Positions 19,790 to 29,838 of a DNA stretch of 64,000 bases are shown one piece after another. Numbering within the stretch: the first letter of the stretch is position 1; each line of letters begins with the position of its first letter. The notes under the pieces were generated by a model. It saw nothing but the letters and a program-made list of their open reading frames with translations. It made no database searches and was not told the origin of the DNA. Location of the stretch: the IMG/VR virus record IMGVR_UViG_2703718815_000003. One strand, written 5' to 3'. This DNA comes from a virus (taxonomy: Duplodnaviria; Heunggongvirae; Uroviricota; Caudoviricetes). A program made the position numbers and the translations under genes.

Positions 19790-21364
19790 TCACTCGTTCT
19801 CTTGAGTAGATGAGTCCCCATTCCCTCGGGGTTGATCTTGCCCGCTTTCTTGGGCTGCGCCTTGATCATAAGTAAGTACTGACTTATTTTCAAGGGTATT
19901 TAGATCATTTTTTGGCGGAAAATTCAAGAGATCTTTATCAAATTCCTTCTTCATCGCCTCAGTGATGTTCGGGAAAATCTTCTCAATCAGCATTTCCATC
20001 TGGTGACGACGTACAGAGTCCGGTGCCTGAAGTAACGACAGTTTCTCGGCAACAGAAAATTCATCAGTAAGGCCACGAATATCGAAACTTTCTGGATACG
20101 CAATTAATGAGTGGTCTTCGTCCAGATCTACCCCCCTCCATTTCGCAACCAGTTGCATGATTTGACGTTCTGCCCTTTCCAGACGTTCTGCTTTTGTGAC
20201 AAGCAAGCTATTTACACGCTGGAAGTCATACATTTTTGCGGCACCAGATGAATTATCTATTCCCTGTGCGTTGTCCTGCTTCGTTCGCTCACCAGCTACA
20301 CCAACTGAATGGTAGATTTCGTTAATCACCGTTTTAATCGTAGTGATGATCATCTGAGCTTGTTTCGGGTCTGGTGACAGATAAAACGGCTGGTTTCCAC
20401 CTTCAGAATCGTAGGTGAAGACTCGTTTTGTACCCATTTCAAGCACTTTAGTGTGGTTTTCATCGCCAGGTAAAAGCGATTGTACCGGTATGGCCAACTG
20501 GCTAAATGTCTGATCCTGAATAATGGCATCAAGGTTTGAAAGATAGTTTGCAACCGCACGATCCAGATAAGCGATATCATCGATTAACGATGGGCTGAAA
20601 TACGGTGATTCGCTTTCTCCAATACAATCAACAGGAAACACCGGAACTACGCCGAGATTATGCGCACCGCTATCCTCTAAAATAACTTTTGCCTGACGGC
20701 GACCTGCTCCACCAGCGCCCTTCTTCACTTCCTCACGGAACAGATACCACTCGTTTTGTGTCCACAGACGATAACGTTGGTATTCCTGACCTGTAGAAGT
20801 AAAAGGATCTGCGTCATCACGAGCGACTTCCACAATTAACGCCCACAACATATTCCCGTCGTCGTCCCATGCCACATCCAGCATTTGCTGAGGTGAAATC
20901 CAGTAGGCGTAGGCGCGAGCATCTTTCTTTTTCTCGTCAGCTACTGACTCAACATCACCACTCATCGTGCTATCGACAACAACCCATATGCGACCGTAAA
21001 TAGACGACTGCAAATCAATAGCGGCCATAAATGAGTCAATAGAGGCATTCTGGCGGGTCGCACGTTTCCAGAAATTGCGGATCTGCTCTGGAGCCTCTTC
21101 AATATTTCTATGAATGTCTTCTTTAAAGAGATATTTGTTGATGAGGTTTACCACCTCACGAGTGTGGTTGAAGCGATAAGCACGCTCAACTCGCTCCTTA
21201 AACTCCTGATCTCCCTCTTTAAAGTAACGAAAGATATTGTCAGTAAACCAACCACGCCCGCCAGCGTAGGTGCTGGCGAGGAAGTCCCAATGTTCTTTTT
21301 TCTTTTCGTATTCCGGGTGGCGTCGCGCCACCAGATCCTTAATTTGTTTGTCGTTCAATTCCAT
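19790..21364 (-). CDS. portal protein
   Basis: 524 aa immediately downstream of large terminase; acidic C-terminal tail. Confidence 0.75.
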   Translation of the reverse strand: MELNDKQIKDLVARRHPEYEKKKEHWDFLASTYAGGRGWFTDNIFRYFKEGDQEFKERVERAYRFNHTREVVNLINKYLFKEDIHRNIEEAPEQIRNFWKRATRQNASIDSFMAAIDLQSSIYGRIWVVVDSTMSGDVESVADEKKKDARAYAYWISPQQMLDVAWDDDGNMLWALIVEVARDDADPFTSTGQEYQRYRLWTQNEWYLFREEVKKGAGGAGRRQAKVILEDSGAHNLGVVPVFPVDCIGESESPYFSPSLIDDIAYLDRAVANYLSNLDAIIQDQTFSQLAIPVQSLLPGDENHTKVLEMGTKRVFTYDSEGGNQPFYLSPDPKQAQMIITTIKTVINEIYHSVGVAGERTKQDNAQGIDNSSGAAKMYDFQRVNSLLVTKAERLERAERQIMQLVAKWRGVDLDEDHSLIAYPESFDIRGLTDEFSVAEKLSLLQAPDSVRRHQMEMLIEKIFPNITEAMKKEFDKDLLNFPPKNDLNTLENKSVLTYDQGAAQESGQDQPRGNGDSSTQENE

Positions 21365-21390
21365 TTGAATAACCTTAGATAATTACTTAC

Positions 21391-22647
21391 CTACCTAGAG
21401 CCACCAAGAATAACACGGTTTTTGACTGGATACCTACGATGTACTGGATAGCCCAATGCGTCTGCACTATGCTCAATGCCACCTGTCTTATCCATATCTC
21501 GTGTTCCAGGCTTGTAGATGACTTTTTCCAGTGAATCAATCAAATGCTTGCACTTCGGATCGATATACAGCCGGATATCTCCAGATGCGGTCATCAGCAT
21601 TCGGTTAACAGCATTAACACGATCCGCAATTGGCGGGTGCTTTTTCGAATAATCGACACGTAAGAATCCCTTCTCTTTGAATATGTCGACGTCAGACTCC
21701 CCGCGAGCATGTTGGCGATAAGCACCTGCCGGATCTGGAAATACCGTTATCTGTGATTTCCAGCGCCAGAAGCGTCTCTCAAGCTCATCACAAACCTCTG
21801 CCGTGTTAGAGGAAAAGAGCACCAATTCATCAATTGCCCATAGCTCACCATTTGGCTGAGGTTGCAAAATTACTGAAGACATCGGGTCAATGTTGAAGTC
21901 CTGCCCTACCCATATAGGCAACCGAGGGTTGAACTGAAGCGGTTTTACATGCACGTTACGATCGAACGGGTAGTAAACGCGCCCGGACATGTTCTCAAAG
22001 CTCGCCAGGTACTCCTGAGCGAACGATTTGGGGTCCATATCGTTCTTAGCAGCTTCAATTTCCGCCGTAGGTACAAACGGAGAATCGGCAGTTACAAACT
22101 GCCAGCTCTTCCACTGTCCCTTTCTTTGCAGCTCTACGTTCTGGCCTATAGTCCACAGTTTGTGAAATTCCGAGAAGCCTTTTGGCGTACCAATGATCAG
22201 CGCACCGCCGCGTGTCGATGAAAGAGTAGGTCGTAACACCTTGTACCAGGTGTCAGCCTTCATATCCTGAAATTCATCAAGCACTACAAAATGCAACGCT
22301 ACGCCGCGCAGAGTGTCAGGCTTATCAGCACCTTTGAGGGCGATCTCCGAACCGTTCTTCAACACGATTGTCATCGTGGTGTCGTTCTTTTTCCTAACCC
22401 ACTTACGAGGCAGAACTTCCTGTAGATCGTCCCACAAAATCTGGCGAGCCATCTGGTAAGTAGGAGCGACATACCAGACTCTTTGCTTTTTTTCCTTTGC
22501 CGCCGCACGAATAATAGTGGAGATCGACAACCGGGATTTTCCCCAGCGTCGACCAGCACAAACAACTTTAAATCGATGCGGAGACTGGAAGACTTTCATC
22601 TGTCCAGAATGCAGTTGCACAAGACTGAGCGAGGACGGGATTGCCAT
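21391..22647 (-). CDS. terminase large subunit
   Basis: Walker A CAGRRWGKS near N-terminus, Walker B VVLDEFQ, C-terminal nuclease-like region with conserved Asp residues. Confidence 0.85.
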   Translation of the reverse strand: MAIPSSLSLVQLHSGQMKVFQSPHRFKVVCAGRRWGKSRLSISTIIRAAAKEKKQRVWYVAPTYQMARQILWDDLQEVLPRKWVRKKNDTTMTIVLKNGSEIALKGADKPDTLRGVALHFVVLDEFQDMKADTWYKVLRPTLSSTRGGALIIGTPKGFSEFHKLWTIGQNVELQRKGQWKSWQFVTADSPFVPTAEIEAAKNDMDPKSFAQEYLASFENMSGRVYYPFDRNVHVKPLQFNPRLPIWVGQDFNIDPMSSVILQPQPNGELWAIDELVLFSSNTAEVCDELERRFWRWKSQITVFPDPAGAYRQHARGESDVDIFKEKGFLRVDYSKKHPPIADRVNAVNRMLMTASGDIRLYIDPKCKHLIDSLEKVIYKPGTRDMDKTGGIEHSADALGYPVHRRYPVKNRVILGGSR

Positions 22648-23279
22648 TATTCGTCCTCCCCTTCACTTCCATCATCTGTCGCATCAAATTCGCTTAGAGC
22701 TTCTTCTTCCAACGTCTCAAGCAATTCGTCATCGATGATTTCAGGCTCGTCGTCTTCCTGACGTAATTTCGCCACCTGGGAAGGCGTAAGCTCACCAAAT
22801 ACCAGGTTCGGAATTTCTTCCTCGTCATTTTCCGCATGATCCATGCCCAATGCTTTGGACGAAACTTCAAAGCATTTTGCAAGGGTATTACTGGCTCTCT
22901 GTAAGCTCTTGAGAGAATCCTCAATCGCCCCTAAAGGCTTACCCTCACGTTTGGCCGTAGTGACTTCGACCATCACCATCTGCCCCAACGCATACGCCCA
23001 GCCGTCATAACGTGTACGACGTTCTTCTATCTTTTCCGCACGGGCTTTAGCGCGAAGCTCTGCGTCAGATTTAAGAGACTCACGAACCATCTTCCCAACA
23101 GAGTCCGCGCCTTTCTCTAATCCTCGCTTTTTGAAATGTCTGGAGAGTGTTTCACGACGAATGCCGTACTCTTCCTCCAGCTTTGAGAGTGTATATTCGC
23201 CTGACGTCCATTTGGCTTCAGCTTCGGCCCACTCCGCTGGTGTCAGGCGAGTTTTTACCTCGTCTTTTTCGACCGTCAT
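22647..23279 (-). CDS. terminase small subunit (candidate)
   Basis: N-terminal HTH-like LSKLEEEYGIRRETLSRHFKKRG, acidic C-terminus; stop overlaps large-terminase start. Confidence 0.6.
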   Translation of the reverse strand: MTVEKDEVKTRLTPAEWAEAEAKWTSGEYTLSKLEEEYGIRRETLSRHFKKRGLEKGADSVGKMVRESLKSDAELRAKARAEKIEERRTRYDGWAYALGQMVMVEVTTAKREGKPLGAIEDSLKSLQRASNTLAKCFEVSSKALGMDHAENDEEEIPNLVFGELTPSQVAKLRQEDDEPEIIDDELLETLEEEALSEFDATDDGSEGEDE

Positions 23280-23374
23280 AGATCCCTCTAAAACACACAG
23301 AGCGCGTCCATGCGCTCTAAAACAACTTGTTTACTGCATCTGCTAACCAACTTGTTTTCTGGGGTGTTTAATTA

Positions 23375-23473
23375 GGTCTGGGCATGTCTTACTAAGCCTG
23401 CTTCCGTATATATTTAATAAGTTACTTATTATTTATATATACAGAAGCAGGTCTTTAAATAAGCTCCCAGACC
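23375..23473. repeat. about 100-bp imperfect inverted repeat; second copy at 54684-54775
   Basis: Arms ggtctggg...cctgcttccgtatatat around an AT-rich centre. Confidence 0.5.
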
Positions 23474-23475
23474 GA

Positions 23476-23742
23476 TTACATCACCAGTAACTTCGCTTTG
23501 GCTCGACCTAAAGTGGTTAACCCAAGAGTCCGGCGGTGATAGCGATTGTCACTGCGTTGGCGCGTATGCCCTTTCTCCACCAGCCCCTTTTTTATCAGAG
23601 CGCGAATTGAGAACTGGATACTTTGCTTGGTTGTCTTGTACGGCAAAACTTCAAGCAATTCGTCCAGATCAAGTAGATGACCTCGCTCATAACCGAGATT
23701 GAGCGTTTTGATGATGTCCTTTTGTTTGTCGGTTAACGTCAT
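23476..23742 (-). CDS. small basic DNA-binding protein (wHTH/RHH-like, candidate regulator or antitoxin)
   Basis: 88 aa, basic C-terminus; last gene of accessory operon, 10 nt after GNAT stop. Confidence 0.4.
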   Translation of the reverse strand: MTLTDKQKDIIKTLNLGYERGHLLDLDELLEVLPYKTTKQSIQFSIRALIKKGLVEKGHTRQRSDNRYHRRTLGLTTLGRAKAKLLVM

Positions 23743-23751
23743 GGCAAATCC

Positions 23752-24642
23752 TTATGCCGGTAAAGCAATTTCTAACGGTTTATCCAAAGGTTGTTTGTCG
23801 AATGCCAGCAGTGGCAACGTGTCAGGCAGTCGACGGCCAAAGTCAGGGTTTCGGTACACACCATACAACGGAGACGTAAAGCTCAGGTTGTGAATGTCCT
23901 TGAGCAGCTTCACAATGCTGGCCTCGTCCACCAGACTGTCGGCAATGTCCTGAATCGTCGTGCCACGATTCCGCCCAGCTTTTGCCAGGGAACTGTTCTT
24001 GTGGTAGTCCGCCACCAGATCACGCAGTGCACGGCGACGACGAGACTCGCTCATTGCGAACAACTCTTTGACGATCGCCTCGTTATCACCCGGGTCGGAA
24101 CGGAAATGGCGCTGGAATACACGCAGTGCACTTTCATAGCTCTTCGGTCGCTCAGGGCGGATGAACTTAAACCCTGCTTTCATGGCGAAGGGATTGTATT
24201 TGCTCATCGAGGACTGGATCTCAATGATTGGCCGGTCATGCATCCTGCTAACCAGGTTAATCATTCGATAAGAGACGCCTACGCCACGATACTGAGTATC
24301 CACAACTGAGCGACTGATCACCGCAAAGTTGTTATTCACGTACCGACCCCAGTACTGGTTAGCCACGGTGGTATTAGTGGTTGGTTTCAACTTAGGAAAC
24401 ATGCGGTGGCGAGGTGCCAGCAGTAGTTTCGGGTAAGCCATAACCACGACGCCCACCAGACGGTCATCAAGTTCGCAGCGATAGTAAGTTGGCGCGAAAG
24501 GTTTGCCGTCTGTTTTGTAGTGAAGCGACTTAAGAGCGTACCAGTCCTCTACAGTTCCCTTTGTGACAGTCATTCGCTCCAGAAAGTCCAGATGACGCGG
24601 AAACTCTTCAGGGCGGTAGCGTTTAATGATGATGTCCGTCAT
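23752..24642 (-). CDS. GNAT-family acetyltransferase-like protein with N- and C-terminal extensions
   Basis: Motif VVDTQYRGVGVSYRMINLV resembles the GNAT acetyl-CoA motif (Q/R-x-x-G-x-G/A); start overlaps ATPase stop. Confidence 0.5.
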   Translation of the reverse strand: MTDIIIKRYRPEEFPRHLDFLERMTVTKGTVEDWYALKSLHYKTDGKPFAPTYYRCELDDRLVGVVVMAYPKLLLAPRHRMFPKLKPTTNTTVANQYWGRYVNNNFAVISRSVVDTQYRGVGVSYRMINLVSRMHDRPIIEIQSSMSKYNPFAMKAGFKFIRPERPKSYESALRVFQRHFRSDPGDNEAIVKELFAMSESRRRRALRDLVADYHKNSSLAKAGRNRGTTIQDIADSLVDEASIVKLLKDIHNLSFTSPLYGVYRNPDFGRRLPDTLPLLAFDKQPLDKPLEIALPA

Positions 24643-25304
24643 GAATGGACCTCATCATGACTACCATTGTGATATTCCACCTTCACGCGTTCTTTGTAGT
24701 GCTTGGTGATCTGCATATCCGGGCGCAGCGCGTTCTTCAGGTCTTCGTGAGTCGTCGCCACCATTACCGTCGCACCAACCTTTCGAGCGGCACGCTGGAG
24801 GTTAGATGCCACAACCTGAGCGGTTACACGGTCGAGAACAGCGCCGAACTCGTCAGCAGCCCACACTTTAGCGCCTGACTCAATCAGTTTGGCAATCTTG
24901 AGACGATATTTCTGACCGTCTGACATTTCAGAAGGCTTGCGAACAAACAGATATGCATCGTTCAGACCAGCCATAGATAACAACCCAAGCGCATCACTGG
25001 TAGTTTTGCCCAGTTGGTCAATGACGTTAACCTCATTATCGAAGGTAAAATCATCGATGGAGGCCACAGATAGCCCTTCATCCTTCATCTGGTGTTGCAG
25101 CTCGCGCAGCACAACGGATTTGCCGGAACCGGATTGGCCGGTAATGTACACCACATCGCCCTGCTTCACTTCCAGCTCCAGATTGTCGTAAAGCGTCCAC
25201 TCTTTTTCGTCCAGGCCAAGCCCGAACGACTCAGCGATTTCCAACGTGCGCGTGGTTTTATTTACGCGTGTCTGAAACGATACGTTGATGATGTATTTGC
25301 TCAT
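24639..25304 (-). CDS. ABC-type P-loop ATPase (stand-alone nucleotide-binding domain)
   Basis: Walker A GQSGSGKS, signature-like SDGQKYRL, Walker B VWAADEFGAVLD; 221 aa with no transmembrane partner nearby. Confidence 0.6.
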   Translation of the reverse strand: MSKYIINVSFQTRVNKTTRTLEIAESFGLGLDEKEWTLYDNLELEVKQGDVVYITGQSGSGKSVVLRELQHQMKDEGLSVASIDDFTFDNEVNVIDQLGKTTSDALGLLSMAGLNDAYLFVRKPSEMSDGQKYRLKIAKLIESGAKVWAADEFGAVLDRVTAQVVASNLQRAARKVGATVMVATTHEDLKNALRPDMQITKHYKERVKVEYHNGSHDEVHS

Positions 25305-25969
25305 GCAGCCATCTCCCCGGAAGAGATCTTCTCCGCATATGCCACAAATGCGTCTACCCCGCTTTCTCCCGTCATTTCTTCCATGTGGGCAAGCAAATCA
25401 CCAACAACAATGGCAGAGCCAGCAGGGAGCGTTTTAAAGCCCAATACGTCGACAACACGTACTTCTTCCGCTGCAACTTCACGACTGATCTCGGTGTGTT
25501 CATCCTTCTGTCGTTTAGTTTCTTCGCCAAGATCGATAACTAGCGAGTCGGTGTCCATTTCTTCTGTCATGCTGCCAACGAGAACATTCAACTCACGCTC
25601 TTCAAAGCCGAAAACCTCGATATCGTCCAGAACAAGCGACTCAAGCTCTTTCTGTAGCTTAATTGCATCGTAATCAATGCTGGCAAGTCGGTTATCTTCA
25701 AGGCGCTTCGCACGAATCTCGTCATCACTGAGATCATCGCGAACAATAACCGGTACGCGCTCAAGTCCAGCAAAAATTGCAGCCTCACGGCGGCCGTGGC
25801 CAGTAATAATTACGTCGTTCTTATCGACCGTAATTGGCTGGTCAAATCCGCGCTTTTTAATGGCTGCGGCTAGATCTCGGATCTGCTGTTCATCATGCTT
25901 TTTGGCATTCATCTCATAGGGAATAAGATCTGCCGGGTCGCGATATACGATTTCAAACTTTTTGGTCAT
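25301..25969 (-). CDS. ParB/Srx-fold (ParB N-terminal domain) protein 1
   Basis: GHGRREAA matches ParB box II (GERRxRA); start ATG 25967-25969 overlaps upstream stop (TAATG). Confidence 0.7.
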   Translation of the reverse strand: MTKKFEIVYRDPADLIPYEMNAKKHDEQQIRDLAAAIKKRGFDQPITVDKNDVIITGHGRREAAIFAGLERVPVIVRDDLSDDEIRAKRLEDNRLASIDYDAIKLQKELESLVLDDIEVFGFEERELNVLVGSMTEEMDTDSLVIDLGEETKRQKDEHTEISREVAAEEVRVVDVLGFKTLPAGSAIVVGDLLAHMEEMTGESGVDAFVAYAEKISSGEMAA

Positions 25970-26649
25970 TACATACGCTCCTTGTAGTAGTCGACCAGCC
26001 ACACCAGAGCCTCACCAGCGTTCTCCATTTCATTACCGGTGTTAATAGCCTGCTCTTTGATGATGTTTTTTATGGTTTCTGCAACGCGATCTGACGCATC
26101 GAAAGTTACTTTGAAGCGCATGGTCTGATGTTCCGCCCCCACACGTTCGGTTTTCTCTCGTTTGTCGGTATCGACAGGCTCATCACTACCACGAGACAAC
26201 GCCTCCAGTGCTTCAAGGTCGATTGCCGCCTCTTTTGCTATAACCATCGAGATTTCGTCGTCATACGGGGCGATTTCAGACAGTTGATAGTCAAGTTCTG
26301 ACTGAATTTCTTCAATGAAGCGTTGCAATGCGATTTGGTCGTCTTCACCGTATCGCTCGTTGTCCACCAGTGACATCTGTTTAGCTACGACATCGCTAAT
26401 TTTGCCCACAGAAAGCACTGGAACCGTTGAAATTCCTTGCTCAATAGCGGCACGCCAGCGATGTTCGCCGCCGAGGATTTCAAAAAATCCATCTTCAAGT
26501 TCACGAGCCAAAATTGGCTTAAAAAAGCCCAATTTTTCGATAGAACCTTTCAGTTTTTCAAAATTCTGCGCACCAACCGAATTGGTGTTCCAGGTATTCG
26601 GGCGAAGGTTGGCAACATCAACCTGCAAAATCGTGATTTTTACATCCAT
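25969..26649 (-). CDS. ParB/Srx-fold (ParB N-terminal domain) protein 2
   Basis: LGGEHRWRAA matches ParB box II; first ATG at 26647-26649 (track start is GTG). Confidence 0.7.
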   Translation of the reverse strand: MDVKITILQVDVANLRPNTWNTNSVGAQNFEKLKGSIEKLGFFKPILARELEDGFFEILGGEHRWRAAIEQGISTVPVLSVGKISDVVAKQMSLVDNERYGEDDQIALQRFIEEIQSELDYQLSEIAPYDDEISMVIAKEAAIDLEALEALSRGSDEPVDTDKREKTERVGAEHQTMRFKVTFDASDRVAETIKNIIKEQAINTGNEMENAGEALVWLVDYYKERM

Positions 26650-26666
26650 TTTATTGCTACAATCCA

Positions 26667-26694
26667 CTAAGTAATCACTTACTTACTATAATAG
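26667..26694. promoter_or_regulatory. palindromic TAAGTA...TACTTA motif in divergent promoter region
   Basis: ctaagtaatcacttacttactataatag between the divergent ParB operon and helicase gene. Confidence 0.4.
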
Positions 26695-26731
26695 CCAAAT
26701 AACATACAAAAGGCACTAAGGAAAGAGGTTT

Positions 26732-28291
26732 ATGACTGTTCGGATTGTATCTAACGCAGTTAATGCGCTTATTTCTGGCGCAGATGACAAGGTAAAGCAA
26801 CTGGTGCAACAGATGTTGAGCTACGAAGTCGAGACTGGCGACTGGAAGGGCACAAGCACAATGTTCAACTGGAGTAAAAACTCGTTCCCTGCAGGCTTTG
26901 CCAAGCCTGTAGCGGCGAACTTGAACAAGGCGGGCATCAAATGTGTTCATATCCGCAAAGACAAAGCCCCGGCGCTTGGAAAACCAAATCCGGCGGTTAA
27001 CCCATTCCCATACAATCCTGATTATGCGTATCAGGATCAGACTGTGGAAACACTGGTTCGAGAGGGAATGATGATTGCGCAGATCGCTACTGGTGGCGGG
27101 AAATCTAATGTTGCCTGCAAAGCAGCTGCACGTATCGGTCGAATGACATTATTTTTAACAACCCGCTCTGTTCTGATGTTTCAAATGGCCGAAAACTTCC
27201 AGAGATCCATCGACTACCGCGCCAAAAATGGCGAACCGTGGTTAAAAGACCAAAAGGTTGGAGTCATTGGCTCGGGTGAGTTCCAGGTATCACGACATAT
27301 CAACGTCGCTACAGTTCAAACTCTTGCAAGTTTCCTTGAAGAACCACCACGCGATGCAACACCAGATAAAAAGAGCTACCACCTCAAACGTCGGGAGCTA
27401 GTGAAACGCTTCCTTTCAAGTGTGTCTCTGCTTATTCTGGAAGAAGCGCATGAGTCTTCAGGCTCTAATTTCTATGACATTGCCAGATTATGTGTGAACG
27501 CAGACTATCGTCTGGCGCTTACGGCCACGCCGTTCATGAAGGATTCTACAGAAGCCAACATGCGTCTGATGGCTGTGGCCGGTCGAATTGAAATTAAAGT
27601 CACAGAAAAGTACCTGATTGATCGAGGCATTCTGGCAAAACCGTACTTCCTTTATCATAAAGTTGCTTACAAGCCAGACGAGGTCAGAATCAAGGCGGAA
27701 CTTGCCAACAAACACCTTAATTTTAGAGTAGGTATGAGCACAGCCTACCAAAAGGCTTATCAGTTGGGGATCGTGTATAATTTGGGACGTAATGAGGCCA
27801 TTGTTCGCGAAGCATTGCTCTATAAGCAACATTCTCTCAATTGTATGACTCTGGTTCGTCTTAAACGCCACGGGCAAATCCTGATGGAAATGATGAAAGA
27901 GTCCGGCCTTAGAGTTGACTTCATTTATGGGGAATCGAACCAGTCGACAAGGCAAGCAAAGCTGAACAGTTTAGCGTCTGGTGAAATAGATGTTTTAATA
28001 GGCTCGACTATTCTGGATGTTGGTGTTGATGTGCCAAGCGTTGGTGCGGTCATTCTTGCTGGTGGTGGGAAAGCAGAAGTTGAAATGAGACAGCGTGTCG
28101 GTCGTGGCTTACGAGCCAAGAAGAATCAGGCAAACGTGTGTTTTATCACTGATTTCATTGACATTAGCAACAAATACCTGTTGTCTCACTCTTATGAGCG
28201 AAAACACATCATCGACACCACACCTGGCTTTGCAGAAGGTGTATTGCCTATTGATGGCGCATTCGATTTTGGAGTTCTGAAACGAGATTAG
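26732..28291 (+). CDS. SF2 DEAD/DEAH-box helicase
   Basis: Walker A ATGGGKS, DEAH-like LILEEAHE, motif III TATP, motif VI-like QRVGRGLR; AGGAAAGAGG upstream. Confidence 0.8.
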   Translation: MTVRIVSNAVNALISGADDKVKQLVQQMLSYEVETGDWKGTSTMFNWSKNSFPAGFAKPVAANLNKAGIKCVHIRKDKAPALGKPNPAVNPFPYNPDYAYQDQTVETLVREGMMIAQIATGGGKSNVACKAAARIGRMTLFLTTRSVLMFQMAENFQRSIDYRAKNGEPWLKDQKVGVIGSGEFQVSRHINVATVQTLASFLEEPPRDATPDKKSYHLKRRELVKRFLSSVSLLILEEAHESSGSNFYDIARLCVNADYRLALTATPFMKDSTEANMRLMAVAGRIEIKVTEKYLIDRGILAKPYFLYHKVAYKPDEVRIKAELANKHLNFRVGMSTAYQKAYQLGIVYNLGRNEAIVREALLYKQHSLNCMTLVRLKRHGQILMEMMKESGLRVDFIYGESNQSTRQAKLNSLASGEIDVLIGSTILDVGVDVPSVGAVILAGGGKAEVEMRQRVGRGLRAKKNQANVCFITDFIDISNKYLLSHSYERKHIIDTTPGFAEGVLPIDGAFDFGVLKRD

Positions 28292-28293
28292 TT

Positions 28294-28572
28294 ATGAGCG
28301 AAAAGAAAACAACTTATTGCCAAGTGGCATTGTCTGATAAGGCCAATGAAAAACTTGGAAAATTTCAAATAAAACTCAAAGAGAAAAAAATCAAGATGTC
28401 TAAAGCTGAAGTTATCAATGCCATTCTGGAGACGATGACTATGGCTGAATTTGACAAAGTCACATCTGCTGTTGGGGTTTCCGCTAAGACGCGTGAGAAA
28501 ATCATGCGCATCTATGAAAACTCCAATATGACAAAAAAAGATTTAGAGGAAATACTGAGCAGGTTGCCGTAA
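28294..28572 (+). CDS. hypothetical small protein
   Basis: 92-aa Lys-rich ORF directly after helicase. Confidence 0.4.
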   Translation: MSEKKTTYCQVALSDKANEKLGKFQIKLKEKKIKMSKAEVINAILETMTMAEFDKVTSAVGVSAKTREKIMRIYENSNMTKKDLEEILSRLP

Positions 28573-28637
28573 CATTTCATATTTACCCCCTATCTACTAA
28601 TTCTATGATGTGCTCACTTGTTAGAAAGGAGCACATC

Positions 28638-29204
28638 ATGAGTTGGTTAAAAGAATTATCATTTGTTGACACCACTGGCGCTAAGAAAAATCATTCTTTC
28701 TGGAAAGTCAGCGATCCTTCTGATTTTCTTGTTGGCGCTAATGCTGCTTTTGAATTGCTTAACTTTTATCAACGTTATCCTGAAATGAAACACAGTCCAC
28801 TCCTGTACAGAATAACAAACGATATGAATAGGTCTGGTTTATTATCAAGTGAGTCAGCGAAAGGCTTTTTTAGCAAAATAACGCCACACATATCATTCGA
28901 TGCTGCAAACGAAATTGATTATCTATCCACGAAACCTCAAGAACAATTGTCTGTACCACCTGAGAAAAAAGAAAGACGAATTGCCAGCATTGAAAATATA
29001 TCGAAAGAGCTTCGCACAACAACGTTGAGGCTGCTGAACTTTCTTACGCTACTAAATTGGATAGATGATCAAACATTGATTCCATCAACCGATGCGTTGG
29101 ATAACAGAGTCCTTAGGCTGAACAAAAAATCGCAATTTGGTTTTGTGTTCACCAAAAAAGGTGAAGATTTAATCAAAAGAAAATATAGATTATTGAATGA
29201 TTAA
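28638..29204 (+). CDS. hypothetical protein (AT-rich cargo)
   Basis: Start set to ATG 28638 with AAAGGAG upstream; low-GC region. Confidence 0.5.
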   Translation: MSWLKELSFVDTTGAKKNHSFWKVSDPSDFLVGANAAFELLNFYQRYPEMKHSPLLYRITNDMNRSGLLSSESAKGFFSKITPHISFDAANEIDYLSTKPQEQLSVPPEKKERRIASIENISKELRTTTLRLLNFLTLLNWIDDQTLIPSTDALDNRVLRLNKKSQFGFVFTKKGEDLIKRKYRLLND

Positions 29205-29210
29205 TAGTCT

Positions 29211-29256
29211 ACATGCAGGTGTATGAGAGCACCTGCATGTGACATTCATCACATTT
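29211..29256 (+). terminator. intrinsic terminator
   Basis: 10-bp stem acatgcaggt/acctgcatgt followed by TTTTTT. Confidence 0.5.
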
Positions 29257-29349
29257 TTTGAAGCACACACCTCCGGCTGAAAAAATTTCTTGATTGGCTG
29301 AACGATATTTGTAGGCTTTTCAATTGATAACTAAGGTCGGATACTGCAG

Positions 29350-29838
29350 ATGAGTATTTCTATAAACAAAATAATTAACTCTTTACGACATAAAATATCA
29401 CATGGAAAAGATGTTCTTTTTAAAGAAAAATATTATCTATTCAACTTAGAGCCGTACAAATGTACAAAATTTTATATCACTCGGAACCGTAAATATTCAG
29501 TTTCAATCACAAAAGACATGAAGAAAATCTCTTCAGAAGAGTACTTCATATCACATATTTATATCTACCCATTTAAATTAGAACCATTAAATATAATTCT
29601 TCCTACAATAAAAGGGGTTGAACTTGAAGGTTATACTTTAAGCTCTAACTTTAATGATATGGGTGTACAAAAACCAGGGACAAGGTCATACTACGCCTAC
29701 AAAGTAAAATGCAATAACTACAACGCACTTAACATGCTAATCAGCAAACTTGAAACGGAGATAGTCGAAGGAAATCTAAATGATGATCATGAAAAATTAG
29801 AACAAATAGAAAAACTTAGAAAGTGTGATGTTAAATAA
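29350..29838 (+). CDS. hypothetical protein (AT-rich cargo)
   Basis: 162-aa ORF in low-GC island. Confidence 0.45.
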   Translation: MSISINKIINSLRHKISHGKDVLFKEKYYLFNLEPYKCTKFYITRNRKYSVSITKDMKKISSEEYFISHIYIYPFKLEPLNIILPTIKGVELEGYTLSSNFNDMGVQKPGTRSYYAYKVKCNNYNALNMLISKLETEIVEGNLNDDHEKLEQIEKLRKCDVK

